Below, piece after piece: positions 26,899 through 36,289 of a stretch of 64,000 nt of DNA. The notes under the pieces were generated by a model. That model worked only from the letters and a program-made list of their open reading frames with translations, was not told the origin of the DNA and made no database searches. Location of the stretch: the NCBI GenBank assembly GCA_965207065.1, contig OZ242260.1, positions 2,688,001 to 2,752,000 on the forward strand. Reading direction: 5' to 3'. A program made the position numbers and the translations under genes. The stretch comes from a bacterium. GTDB taxonomy: Bacteria; UBA8248. Numbering within the stretch: position 1 is the first letter of the stretch; each line of letters begins with the position of its first letter.

Positions 26899-27651
26899 CT
26901 AAAAGAGATCCTTTGGCACAGGCACTTCTTCGTAGTCTTCGGGTTGCAGCGGGTTATCCGGCACTATCTCCAGCATCTCGAAATAGTGGTAGGTTTGCCG
27001 TAGGTGCTGGAAGGCGTGCCCGAGCGAGAGAATCATCAACTCATGTACGGTAATGGGTCCCATATAGCTCGACACTTTTTTGGCGAGCGCCTCGCCGCCG
27101 TCTGTCAGAAAGTCGGTGAGCTTGGCCTGAATTTCATCCCCATAGGCGCAGATATCTTCGTTGGTATCATAATCGTTCGCCATCGTTTCATACCGCCGCA
27201 CCATATCTTCGGTGTACTCTCCCGATGCGTGAGTCTGCATCACGAGGTCCGGACGCTCGAAGCTGTGCCATGTGAGCTGGCGAAGCGTGCGGGGTCTGCC
27301 GGGGGATACCCAGTCGAGCGTTTCGTATGGAATCTGGCGGATCACGCGGCGAAAGGCGTCGAACACCATCTCGAAATAGTGGAGCATTTTTTCAGACGAG
27401 AGGGGACCGGCGCCTTCCTGTTCGATGTCAAAGGCCTCGCGAAGGGCATCCACGTCGTAGCCCACTACCACATTTTCTCCGCGCACGGCGACGGGCAGGG
27501 CCTTGATACCCAGCGCCTTGAGTTCCGCCTGGGCTTCGGCGTCGTTCGTGCAGTCTCTGTTGACGACTTCCAGACCGCTGGACGAGAGAAACTCTCTCGT
27601 AAGGGCGCAGGTGTATCAGCCGTGCCGCGTGTAGACTTTGACAGCTTCCAT
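26899..27651 (-). CDS. Probable selenoprotein: glutaredoxin/NrdH-like domain (U-Y-T-C) fused to a DinB/YfiT-like domain, 250 aa
   Basis: GGGGAG RBS + ATG 27651; MEAVKVYTRHG-TGA-YTCALTREFL..ELKALGIKALPVAVRGENVVVGYD continues in frame into the DinB ORF (H...HAFQHLRQ); SECIS-like hairpin follows the TGA. Confidence 0.85.
27582..27600 (-). promoter_or_regulatory. Putative bacterial SECIS element
   Basis: mRNA ACGAGAGA-GUU-UCUCUCGU, a perfect 8-bp stem starting 15 nt after the in-frame UGA (27618-27616), with G first in the loop. Confidence 0.7.
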
Positions 27652-27824
27652 CGATTTTCTCCCCGATGAGCGCGAAAGTGATTTTTTATGGGCGAATCAT
27701 ACCAAAACGATTGGGGTGAGAAAAACTGCCTCGTGCGCTTTGGCGAACAAGCCCGCGTGTTTTACTATCCCGTGAGTTGCGGTGTGCTCGGTTTGAAGTG
27801 TTGACCTTGAACAAGGGAACTCCA

Positions 27825-29351
27825 ATGCCTAGATGGTTCGTGAAGGGTGATATCGACGGCTTTTTCGGCCTGTGGATGGACAACCTCATCAATCTTCTGC
27901 TCATCGTGAGTTTCTTGAAAGGGTTGCTGGGTTTTCCCGAGTCACTAATATTCGGGCGCGTATTGCCCGCTGCGGCCCTGAGTCTTCTGGGGGGCAACCT
28001 TTTCTATACTTGGCAGGCGCGGCGTCTGGCCGTACGCGAAGGCCGAGACGATGTGACCGCCATGCCTTACGGCCTCAACACGGTGACGCTGTTTGCGTTC
28101 ATCTTTTTCGTCATGCTGCCCGTCAAGCTCAAGACCGGAAGCGCCGAAGCGGCCTGGCAGGCAGGTCTGGCGGCCTGTTTCGTGAGCGGGGTGATCGAGA
28201 CAGTCGGTGCGCTGGTGGGCGGGTGGATCAGGCGGGTCGCGCCAAGGGCCGCTCTGCTCTCCGCACTTGGAGGCATCGCGCTCACTTTCATTGCGATGGA
28301 TTTCGCATTCAGAATCTGGGAGAATCCGCTCCTCTCCATGGTGCCCCTGGGAATCATCCTGGTCCATTATTTCGGCGGATTCAGATTTCCCTTCGGCGTG
28401 CCGGGTGGCCTCGTAGCGGTGGCGTTGGGAGTGGTTCTCTCCGCTGTCATCAAGGGGTTTCCGGTCGGTATCCCGGCGCCTGTAGGGCTGGCGCTTCCAT
28501 CCTCCGCCCTCGGGCCTTTGTCTGACGCTCTTTTCGGTCCGCTGGCCTGGGACTACCTCGCGGTTTCCATCCCCATGGGTCTGATGACGCTGGTGGGCAG
28601 CCTGATGTGCCTGGAAAGCGCAGCTGCGGCCGGTGACAGTTACGACACGGGTAGCTCCCTCGCGGTGAACGGCGCGGGATCGCTTCTCGCGGCGTGCTTG
28701 GGGAGTTGTTTTCCCACGACGATATATATCGGACATCCGGCCTGGAAGAGGGTTGGGGCGCGCGCTGGTTACAGCGCCTTGAACGGGACGGTGATGACGG
28801 TTCTCTGCTTTACTGGTTCGATAGCGGCGCTTTCGAAAATCATTCCGGGCGAGGCGCTCTTCGCCCTCATGCTCTGGATCGGGGTGATGATGCTCACCCA
28901 GGCATTTCAGGCTGTGCCGAAGAACCACGGGCCGGCCGTGGCTATCGGTTTGATACCCGCCATCGCCGCCTGGGGTTTGCTGATGGTGGAATCCTCCCTC
29001 AGGGGAGCGGGCACAACCTTGTGGAAAGTGGGACAGGACGCGTTCGCCAAAGTGGGTTTTCACCTGGTGGGGATGGTTACCTTGGAGCGTGGATTTCTAT
29101 TTACGTCCATCATCCTTACGGCCATCGTAGCGAAACTGGTAGATAAGGAACCGAAACAGGCGGGAGGATGGGCGTTGGCCGGCGCGGTATTGAGCTGGTT
29201 CGGGATAATTCACGCCTGGAGAATCACGCCCGGCGGCGTCGTTAGTTTTTTCGGCTGGGGGGCGGCGCCTGGCATAGCTGTCGGTTACTTGCTTATCGCG
29301 GTCTTGTTTTTCTTGTTCGGGCTGAAACCCTTGGATAAAGTAACATCTTGA
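27825..29351 (+). CDS. NCS2 family (xanthine/uracil/AzgA-like) permease
   Basis: WFVKGDIDGFFGL..DNL; TAMPYG; ESAAAAGDSY; FPTTIYIGHPAWK..GARAGYS. Confidence 0.85.
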   Translation: MPRWFVKGDIDGFFGLWMDNLINLLLIVSFLKGLLGFPESLIFGRVLPAAALSLLGGNLFYTWQARRLAVREGRDDVTAMPYGLNTVTLFAFIFFVMLPVKLKTGSAEAAWQAGLAACFVSGVIETVGALVGGWIRRVAPRAALLSALGGIALTFIAMDFAFRIWENPLLSMVPLGIILVHYFGGFRFPFGVPGGLVAVALGVVLSAVIKGFPVGIPAPVGLALPSSALGPLSDALFGPLAWDYLAVSIPMGLMTLVGSLMCLESAAAAGDSYDTGSSLAVNGAGSLLAACLGSCFPTTIYIGHPAWKRVGARAGYSALNGTVMTVLCFTGSIAALSKIIPGEALFALMLWIGVMMLTQAFQAVPKNHGPAVAIGLIPAIAAWGLLMVESSLRGAGTTLWKVGQDAFAKVGFHLVGMVTLERGFLFTSIILTAIVAKLVDKEPKQAGGWALAGAVLSWFGIIHAWRITPGGVVSFFGWGAAPGIAVGYLLIAVLFFLFGLKPLDKVTS

Positions 29352-29406
29352 GCGGACTGGTTCGAGTTCGTTACGGTAGAGACGCTTTTCGCCGTCTGGA
29401 GAGGAT

Positions 29407-30927
29407 ATGAAGATGCAAAATGAGTCGGTATTTGATTTGGTATCCATCGGTGGGGGTGTCGGCGGTCTGGTGGCGTCCGTTGGGGCTGCCCAACTGGGGG
29501 CCAAAGCCGCGCTCGTGGAGAAGGCGAAGCTCGGCGGAGATTGCCTGAACTATGGGTGCGTGCCTTCGAAAGGTCTTATCCGCTCGGCGCGGCTTGCTGC
29601 GCAGGCGCGCTCGATGCCCGAGTTCGGGATTGACGTGAGCGACGTGCGGGTCGATTTTCCCCGTGTCATGAAGCGGATGAAGGCGGCCCAGGCCCACATC
29701 GGCGAGCATGATGCGCCAGAGCGTTTCGAGGGCATGGGAATTGAGGTGATCTTCGGAGATGGCGCTTTCACCGGTCCCGATACGTTTCAGATTGGGGACA
29801 GGACGCTGCGGGCCAAGCGGTTTTTGCTGTCCATGGGCAGCTCTCCCTTCGTGCCGCCCATCGCCGGTCTCGATAGCGTGCCCTATCTCACGAACGAGAC
29901 CGTTTTCGATTTGGAGGAGTTGCCGAGACGCCTGGTTGTGCTGGGAGCGGGACCGATAGGACTGGAATTGTCACAGGCGTTTCAGCAACTCGGCGCAGAG
30001 GTGGAAGTGCTGCAAAGCGCACCTAAGCTCTTGCCGAGACTCGATAAGGAAATGGCTGAAATTCTGGCCGATTCCTTGACGGAATCCGGTCTCAAACTCC
30101 ATTTCAACGTGAACACGCAGAGAGTCGAGAAACGAGGGGAAGAGATTTTTTTAGAGGCCGATACGCCGTCTGGAAAAAGGGAGTGGGTGTGCGATCAACT
30201 GCTCATTGCGACTGGACGATCGCCCAACGTGGGTGGGATGGACCTGGAGAAGGCTGGCGTGATTTACACCCCGCACGGTGTGGAGACGGATGAATATCTT
30301 CAAACCGCGAATCCGCGCATCTTCGCCGCAGGCGATATCAGGGGCCAGTATCTCTTTACCCACATGGCGGAGTATGAGGCGGGTGTGGCGCTCAGGAACA
30401 TGCTCTTCAGCGCGCCATTTGGCATCTCGCTCCCGTTTCTGAAGAAGAAAACGAACTATGACGCCGTGCCGTGGACGATCTATACCACACCCGAGGCGGC
30501 GCATGTCGGTATGAGCGAAGCTGACGCCGAAGCGGCATTGGGGGCGAATCGCATCCAAGTGTTTCGCTTTCCGATGAACCGTGTGGATCGCGCCGTCCTG
30601 GACGGGGAAACGGAAGGAATCTGCAAGGTCGTGTGCGACGAGAAGGGAAGGCTCGTGGGAACTGATCTGGTCGGGCCAGCAGCGGGCGAGATATTACACG
30701 AGTTCGTGCTGGCCGTCCGCAAGAAGATGCACATCAAGGAGGTGGTGGATACGGTTCACGTCTATCCCACTCTGGCGCAGGTGAACAAGAGGGTGGCGGG
30801 TCGATATTATGCCGAAAGGCTCTTCACGCCGGCCTTCAGGAAGAAAATGCAACGCTTGTTCGGGCTTAAGGGTAGCTTGGAAGTGACCGACCCTGCTGAT
30901 CTCAACGGGCACGGCGCGGAGGAGTAG
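29407..30927 (+). CDS. Class I pyridine nucleotide-disulfide oxidoreductase (mercuric reductase/E3-like)
   Basis: IGGGVGG; LGGDCLNYGCVPSK; GAGPIGLE; IFAAGD; HVYPT; no C-terminal CC. Confidence 0.9.
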   Translation: MKMQNESVFDLVSIGGGVGGLVASVGAAQLGAKAALVEKAKLGGDCLNYGCVPSKGLIRSARLAAQARSMPEFGIDVSDVRVDFPRVMKRMKAAQAHIGEHDAPERFEGMGIEVIFGDGAFTGPDTFQIGDRTLRAKRFLLSMGSSPFVPPIAGLDSVPYLTNETVFDLEELPRRLVVLGAGPIGLELSQAFQQLGAEVEVLQSAPKLLPRLDKEMAEILADSLTESGLKLHFNVNTQRVEKRGEEIFLEADTPSGKREWVCDQLLIATGRSPNVGGMDLEKAGVIYTPHGVETDEYLQTANPRIFAAGDIRGQYLFTHMAEYEAGVALRNMLFSAPFGISLPFLKKKTNYDAVPWTIYTTPEAAHVGMSEADAEAALGANRIQVFRFPMNRVDRAVLDGETEGICKVVCDEKGRLVGTDLVGPAAGEILHEFVLAVRKKMHIKEVVDTVHVYPTLAQVNKRVAGRYYAERLFTPAFRKKMQRLFGLKGSLEVTDPADLNGHGAEE

Positions 30928-30932
30928 AGCCG

Positions 30933-31526
30933 CTACACGCCGAAATCCTTGATTTTTGGTTCATCAAGACCCAGGGCGTGACCGATTTCATGCAGCAGCA
31001 GGTCGCCTATTTTTTCTCTGTAGCGCTTCGGGTCTCGCCTGCATTCGCTTTTGACAACTGAAGCGTATATCTCAATCGCGTTCAATTGAGGAATCCACAC
31101 GGCCACGGGATAGCTTCCCACTGCGCGTACGATTTCAGGCGGCGGGAGGGTCAGCAGCCGGACGGGGATGCCCCGGGCTTCAATTTCACGCGCCATTTGC
31201 GGATGAATATCCTCCTTCATGACGTCGTCGAGGATTTGCTCCATCAGTATGATCTCTTCTTCGGACGCTTCCGGGAAGTAAGACTCCATGAAATCGATAA
31301 GTTCCGCCTCGTCCTCAGGAATCTCGGGTTCTTTGGGAGGGAAGAGGGCTTCTCTGTATTCGGAGAGTCTGGCGCTCCCCATAACCGCGAAGAAGATGAT
31401 CGCACCCAGCGCGATGACGCCCGCAAACCAGGCCAGACCAATAAGGGGTTTGATGTAGGGTTTCCACCACCAGGACTGCAGGAAATTCCAATCGCCCAAG
31501 AGATTCGTCATCGAGAAGGCATCCAA
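30933..31526 (-). CDS. Membrane-anchored minimal zincin (Zincin_1-like) protein
   Basis: N-terminal TM; IEIY; LLHEIGHALGLDE (HExxH); start uncertain (alternative 31511). Confidence 0.7.
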   Translation of the reverse strand: MDAFSMTNLLGDWNFLQSWWWKPYIKPLIGLAWFAGVIALGAIIFFAVMGSARLSEYREALFPPKEPEIPEDEAELIDFMESYFPEASEEEIILMEQILDDVMKEDIHPQMAREIEARGIPVRLLTLPPPEIVRAVGSYPVAVWIPQLNAIEIYASVVKSECRRDPKRYREKIGDLLLHEIGHALGLDEPKIKDFGV

Positions 31527-31647
31527 AAGGCAAATCGGGGAGAATTTCTAATTGGAGACGCTGGAACTGATCGATCTAGAGGATTCCGGGGGCGTGCATC
31601 CCCGCCATGCACAAACAGAAGGCCGTATGCGCATCCGAAAGATTCGT

Positions 31648-33051
31648 TCAACCCTCGAGGGTCATGAGCATGGGCTCTTCCAACGCATCGGCCACCCACC
31701 TCAAGAATTTGACGCCATCCGCTCCGTCAATAATGCGGTGATCGTAAGAAACCATGAGCGGAAGCATCAGGCGCGGTTCGAATTTCTTCTCGGCTTTCGC
31801 CCAAACCGGTTCCATCCGCGCCCGGGAGACGCCGAGGATGGCGACTTCGGGCCAGTTCACTATCGGGGTGAAATAGGTGCCGCCAAAGCCTCCGAGGTTC
31901 GTGATGGTGATGGAGCCGCCCTGCATGTCGTCAGGAGCGAGTTTTCGGGAGCGGGCGCGTTCCGCCGCTACACCTAGTTCCACTGATAGTTCGACGATGT
32001 TTTTCTTGTCCGCATTTCGAATCACCGGAACAAGCAAACCGTTTTCGGTATCCACGGCAACACCCACGTGAACATAGTTTTTGTAGATGATCTCATCGTT
32101 CGCCGTATCTACGCTCGCGTTGAATTGCGGGAAGACTTTGAGGGCCGATGCGATGACTTTAATGAGAATGGCGGTTACGGTGAGTTTGCCACCGGCGGCC
32201 TCTGCTTTTGGGGAGTATTTTCTTCTCAATGCGTCGAGTTCGGAAATATCGGCTTTTTCGCACTGAGTTACATGGGGGATGTTCGTCCATGCGCGAGAGA
32301 GATTCACAGACGTCGCACGCCGGATGCCCGACATGGGCTTGCGTTCAATTCCTCCCCAGCGGGCGAGGTCGGGCAGTTGAACGGGCACGTTCATCAATGC
32401 GGGAGCAGGCGTATCCGGTACGGCGGTACCTCCTTGCGCCGCCACGAATTCCTTGACGTCTTGCGCGGATATTCTGCCTCCAATCCCGCTGCCCGGCACA
32501 TCGCTTATGTCGACGCCCGCCTCGCGAGCGATTCTGCGTACGGAGGGCGCCGCGGGCGCGGGCTCTTTTTTGCTTTTTGGTACTGGAGTTTCGGCAGCCT
32601 CCGGCGCCGGCGCCTCTGACGGGGCATCGGTGGATTCCAGGGTAAATCTGGCAGGCGCGGGTTCAGTCGTGGCATCTTCGCCCGCTGTCTCTAAAGGCTG
32701 CGCAGGCTGGTCTATCAGCATGGGCTGGGTTTCTTCCGGACCCATTGACTCGGCGGTGTCTGATGAGATTTCCTCAAAATCCTTCTTATCCAAAGTGGGC
32801 TCCATGCTCGCGTCGCTTTCTTCGATGACGAGAATGGTTTCTCCCACTTCGGCGTCGTCGCCGGGTTTGAGATGAATTTCCGTTATCTTGCCCCCAACGG
32901 ATGAGGGGACTTCAATGAGCGCCTTGTCGGTTTCCACTTCGATGACCGACTGATCCACCGCTATGGTATCTCCCACGTTCACCAAAACGGCGATCACTTT
33001 TCCGGACGTAATATTTTCCCCGAGTTCGGGGAGTTTGAGTTCGATGGTCAT
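31648..33051 (-). CDS. aceF: Pyruvate dehydrogenase E2 (dihydrolipoamide acetyltransferase)
   Basis: One lipoyl domain (ETDKA); AAPSVRRIARE E3-binding domain; SYDHRIIDGAD; downstream of aceE. Confidence 0.92.
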   Translation of the reverse strand: MTIELKLPELGENITSGKVIAVLVNVGDTIAVDQSVIEVETDKALIEVPSSVGGKITEIHLKPGDDAEVGETILVIEESDASMEPTLDKKDFEEISSDTAESMGPEETQPMLIDQPAQPLETAGEDATTEPAPARFTLESTDAPSEAPAPEAAETPVPKSKKEPAPAAPSVRRIAREAGVDISDVPGSGIGGRISAQDVKEFVAAQGGTAVPDTPAPALMNVPVQLPDLARWGGIERKPMSGIRRATSVNLSRAWTNIPHVTQCEKADISELDALRRKYSPKAEAAGGKLTVTAILIKVIASALKVFPQFNASVDTANDEIIYKNYVHVGVAVDTENGLLVPVIRNADKKNIVELSVELGVAAERARSRKLAPDDMQGGSITITNLGGFGGTYFTPIVNWPEVAILGVSRARMEPVWAKAEKKFEPRLMLPLMVSYDHRIIDGADGVKFLRWVADALEEPMLMTLEG

Positions 33052-33072
33052 GGAACTCCCTCGGGATTTGAA

Positions 33073-35874
33073 TTAGGAAATCATCGGGTTGGTTTTTTCG
33101 GGGTCGATATCGAGGTCTTTCATCGCATTGTTCACGAGTTCGGGGTATATCTTCTTGTTACGCGCCAAGCTGTACAGAGTGGCAAGCACGATATAACGCG
33201 CGTCGATTTCAAAGAAATCTCTCAGGGAAGCTCTCGACTCGCTTCTCCCAAACCCCTCGGTCCCCAGCGAAACCATGGGCTTGGGCACCCATTTTGAAAT
33301 CGAATCGGGTGTAGCCTTCACATAGTCCGAGGCCGCCACGCAAACGCCGGGTGCGCGCGCGAGACATTGCGTCACGTAAGGGGTTTTCGGTGCGCAATCC
33401 GGGTGCAGCATGTTCCATCGCTCGACTTCGAGTGCGTCCCGCCTGAGCTCCTTGTAGCTCGTTACGCTCCAGACGTCTGTGGAAATCGTATAGCGCTTCT
33501 CCAACATTTCCTGCGCTTTGAGCACCTCGTTCATGATGGTGCCGCTGCCCAACAATTGCGCATTGAGACCCGAGTCCATCTCCGAGCGCTTGAAGAGATA
33601 CATGCCTTTCAATATTCCGTCCCGCGCCCCCTCCGGCATCGGCGGCATGGCGTAGTTCTCGTTGTAGGCGGTGAGGTAGTAGAAGATTTTCTCCTGTTCC
33701 TGGTACATCCTGCGAATTCCGTCCTGAATGATCACCGCCATCTCGAAGGCGAAAGCCGGATCGTATGTGAGCAGATTCGGTACGGGATACGCCAGATGGT
33801 GGCTGTTGCCGTCCTGGTGCTGGAGTCCTTCCCCGTTCAGAGTGGTTCTGCCGGCTGTCCCGCCGATCAGGAAGCCGCGCGCGCACATGTCCGCCGCCGC
33901 CCAAATCAGATCGCCGATGCGCTGAAAGCCGAACATCGAATAGTAGATGTAGAACGGGATGGTGTTCACGCCGTGGGTGGCGTATGCGGTTCCGGCGGCG
34001 ATGAAAGAAGCCATCGAACCCGCCTCGGTGATTCCTTCCTCGAGAATCTGTCCGTCTTGCGCTTCTTTGTAATACAAAAGGCTGTCGCGGTCGACGGGTT
34101 CATACAGTTGACCGGCGTGGGAGTAGATCCCGATTTGCCGGAACAGGGCTTCCATGCCGAATGTTCTGGCCTCATCGGGTACGATGGGAACGATGAGTTT
34201 GCCCAATCCCTCGTCGCGGAGCAGCTTGCTCAGGATTCTGACGAAGACCATGGTCGTCGAGACTTCGCGCCCGTCCGTTCCTTGCAAGAACTCCTCGAAC
34301 AAGTCGTCAGGCGGCGGCTTGAGCGGAGTGGATACGCTCCGCCTCGTGGGGACATACCCGCCGAGTTTTTCCCGCTTTTCTTTGAGGTACAGGATTTCGG
34401 GGCTATCGTCCGCCGGGCGGTAAAACGGCGCCTCGGCGACTTCTTCATCGGATATGGGTATCTCGAAGCGCGTGCGGAATTCCTTGAGTTCATCCTCGTT
34501 GAGTTTTTTCTGCTGGTGGGTGACGTTTCTGCCCTCACCACCCTCGCCCAAACCATAGCCCTTCACTGTCTTCGCGAGTATGACTGTGGGACGCTCCTTG
34601 CACTCCATGGCGGCCTGGTAGGCGGCGAACACTTTTTCGGGGTCATGTCCTCCGCGCCGCATTCTGTGGAGTTGGGCGTCGGTCATCATGTCGGCCATCG
34701 CCTGTAGCCGCGGGTCGCCGCCGAAGAAGTGCTCGCGCACGTAGTCGCCTTTTCGGAGCGTCTCGACGCTGTATTTCTGATACTGGCCGTCGACCGTCTC
34801 GTTCATCCGCTGGAGCAGGACGCCCTCGTCGTCCATATCGATGAGGGGATCCCAGTCGTCCCCCCAGATGACCTTGATGACGTTCCAGCGCGCGCCCCGG
34901 AAGGCGGCCTCGAGTTCCTGGATGATTTTCCCGTTGCCGCGCACCGGCCCGTCGAGGCGCTGGAGATTGCAGTTGATGACGAAGATCAGGTTGTCGAGCT
35001 TCTCCCGCGCGGCCAGGGTGATGGCGCCCAGCGATTCGGGCTCGTCCATCTCGCCGTCTCCCAGGAAGGCCCATACCTTCTGGCCCGTCGCGGGCTTGAG
35101 TCCGCGATCTTCCAGGTAATGGAGATAGCGCGCCTGGTATATCGCCATCAGGGGAGAGAGGCCCATCGATACGGTGGGGAATTCCCAGAAATCGGGCATC
35201 AGCCAGGGATGCGGGTAGGAGGAGAGGCCGCCGCCCTCTTTGAGCTCGCGCCGGAAGTTTTCGAGGTTTTTCTCCGTCAGGCGTCCTTCGAGAAATGCCC
35301 GGGAGTAGATGCCGGGTGCGCTGTGGCCCTGAAAGTAGACGATGTCGCCGCCGCAGGGGTCGTTCTTGCCCCGGAAGAAATGGTTGAACCCGATTTCGAG
35401 CAGCGTGGCGGCCGAGGCGTATGTGGAGATGTGCCCGCCGATAGAGGCGTCCTCCCTGTTGGCGCGCGCCACCATGGCCATCGCGTTCCAGCGGACGAGG
35501 CTCTTGATCCGCCGCTCGATATTCCGGTCCCCGGGGAAGGCTGGCTGCTTTTCCAGCGGGATGGTGTTGATATACGGCGTATTCGCCGAGAACGGGCGGA
35601 CGACGCCCGCGCGCACGGCATAAACCTGTAGATGGCGAAGGAGGGTCTTCGTTCGATCGGGGCCCCTGGTTTGCAGGACGTAATCGAGCGATTCGAGCCA
35701 CTCGTCGGTCTCTACCTTGTCGAGTTCCGTTTCAGCCTCGGGAAACGGCGCGCCCGCCGGGTCGGGCAGATACCTCGCGTCGCCGGAGTCGTCCCGCTGC
35801 GCCCCGTTCGAGGAGATGGACGGGCCATCCTCCCTTACGGGCGCTTCCCCGATATCCTGAGGATTCCTCTCCAT
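33073..35874 (-). CDS. aceE: Pyruvate dehydrogenase E1, homodimeric type
   Basis: ETDEWLESL; GGHISTYAS; YFQGH; FPTVSMGL; GDGEMDEPES; GEGLQHQDG. Confidence 0.97.
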   Translation of the reverse strand: MERNPQDIGEAPVREDGPSISSNGAQRDDSGDARYLPDPAGAPFPEAETELDKVETDEWLESLDYVLQTRGPDRTKTLLRHLQVYAVRAGVVRPFSANTPYINTIPLEKQPAFPGDRNIERRIKSLVRWNAMAMVARANREDASIGGHISTYASAATLLEIGFNHFFRGKNDPCGGDIVYFQGHSAPGIYSRAFLEGRLTEKNLENFRRELKEGGGLSSYPHPWLMPDFWEFPTVSMGLSPLMAIYQARYLHYLEDRGLKPATGQKVWAFLGDGEMDEPESLGAITLAAREKLDNLIFVINCNLQRLDGPVRGNGKIIQELEAAFRGARWNVIKVIWGDDWDPLIDMDDEGVLLQRMNETVDGQYQKYSVETLRKGDYVREHFFGGDPRLQAMADMMTDAQLHRMRRGGHDPEKVFAAYQAAMECKERPTVILAKTVKGYGLGEGGEGRNVTHQQKKLNEDELKEFRTRFEIPISDEEVAEAPFYRPADDSPEILYLKEKREKLGGYVPTRRSVSTPLKPPPDDLFEEFLQGTDGREVSTTMVFVRILSKLLRDEGLGKLIVPIVPDEARTFGMEALFRQIGIYSHAGQLYEPVDRDSLLYYKEAQDGQILEEGITEAGSMASFIAAGTAYATHGVNTIPFYIYYSMFGFQRIGDLIWAAADMCARGFLIGGTAGRTTLNGEGLQHQDGNSHHLAYPVPNLLTYDPAFAFEMAVIIQDGIRRMYQEQEKIFYYLTAYNENYAMPPMPEGARDGILKGMYLFKRSEMDSGLNAQLLGSGTIMNEVLKAQEMLEKRYTISTDVWSVTSYKELRRDALEVERWNMLHPDCAPKTPYVTQCLARAPGVCVAASDYVKATPDSISKWVPKPMVSLGTEGFGRSESRASLRDFFEIDARYIVLATLYSLARNKKIYPELVNNAMKDLDIDPEKTNPMIS

Positions 35875-36289
35875 CGATAGGGCATCTCCCGTGGCGTGTG
35901 GCGGTGTGGATATGCCTGAATATATCACGTTCAGCCGGCGAACGGAAACGCCCCGTCCCGGGAGGCGGGGCGGTCCGGCGGGGTTGGCCGGCCGGGGAGC
36001 GGGCGTTGACCGGCGGGATGCGGCGCGGGAGGAAATGCGGGCAGTTGCGGGGAAATGCGCGTGCGCCGAAAAACTTTTTTGGCGATGAATCTTAGTGCGG
36101 TGCGCTCAGATATATATTATAACCCTTTTGATTACAATGATTTCCGGGAGCATGGCATTTCAGCAATTTATCGAAAAACCCCGTGAATTTATCGATATTT
36201 ACGGATAATTGGATTATTTTCATTTTCTTCGTCATCCTTGCGCCCAAGCGCGCCTCCGCCCTCATCGAGGACCCCGGCCCGGAGCCGGG

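Noticed and set aside
26899-27486. Stand-alone 195-aa DinB protein starting at GTG 27486, as given in the ORF track
   Set aside because: No RBS at that GTG, and it falls mid-way through the glutaredoxin fold; the readthrough model from 27651 fits better.
29407-30927. Calling this gene merA or lpdA
   Set aside because: It lacks the MerA C-terminal Cys pair and mer operon context, and lacks the Lpd HPTxxE motif.
36128-36141. FNR-like box TTGAT-N4-ATGAT
   Set aside because: Two mismatches in the right half-site within AT-rich DNA; not distinguishable from chance.
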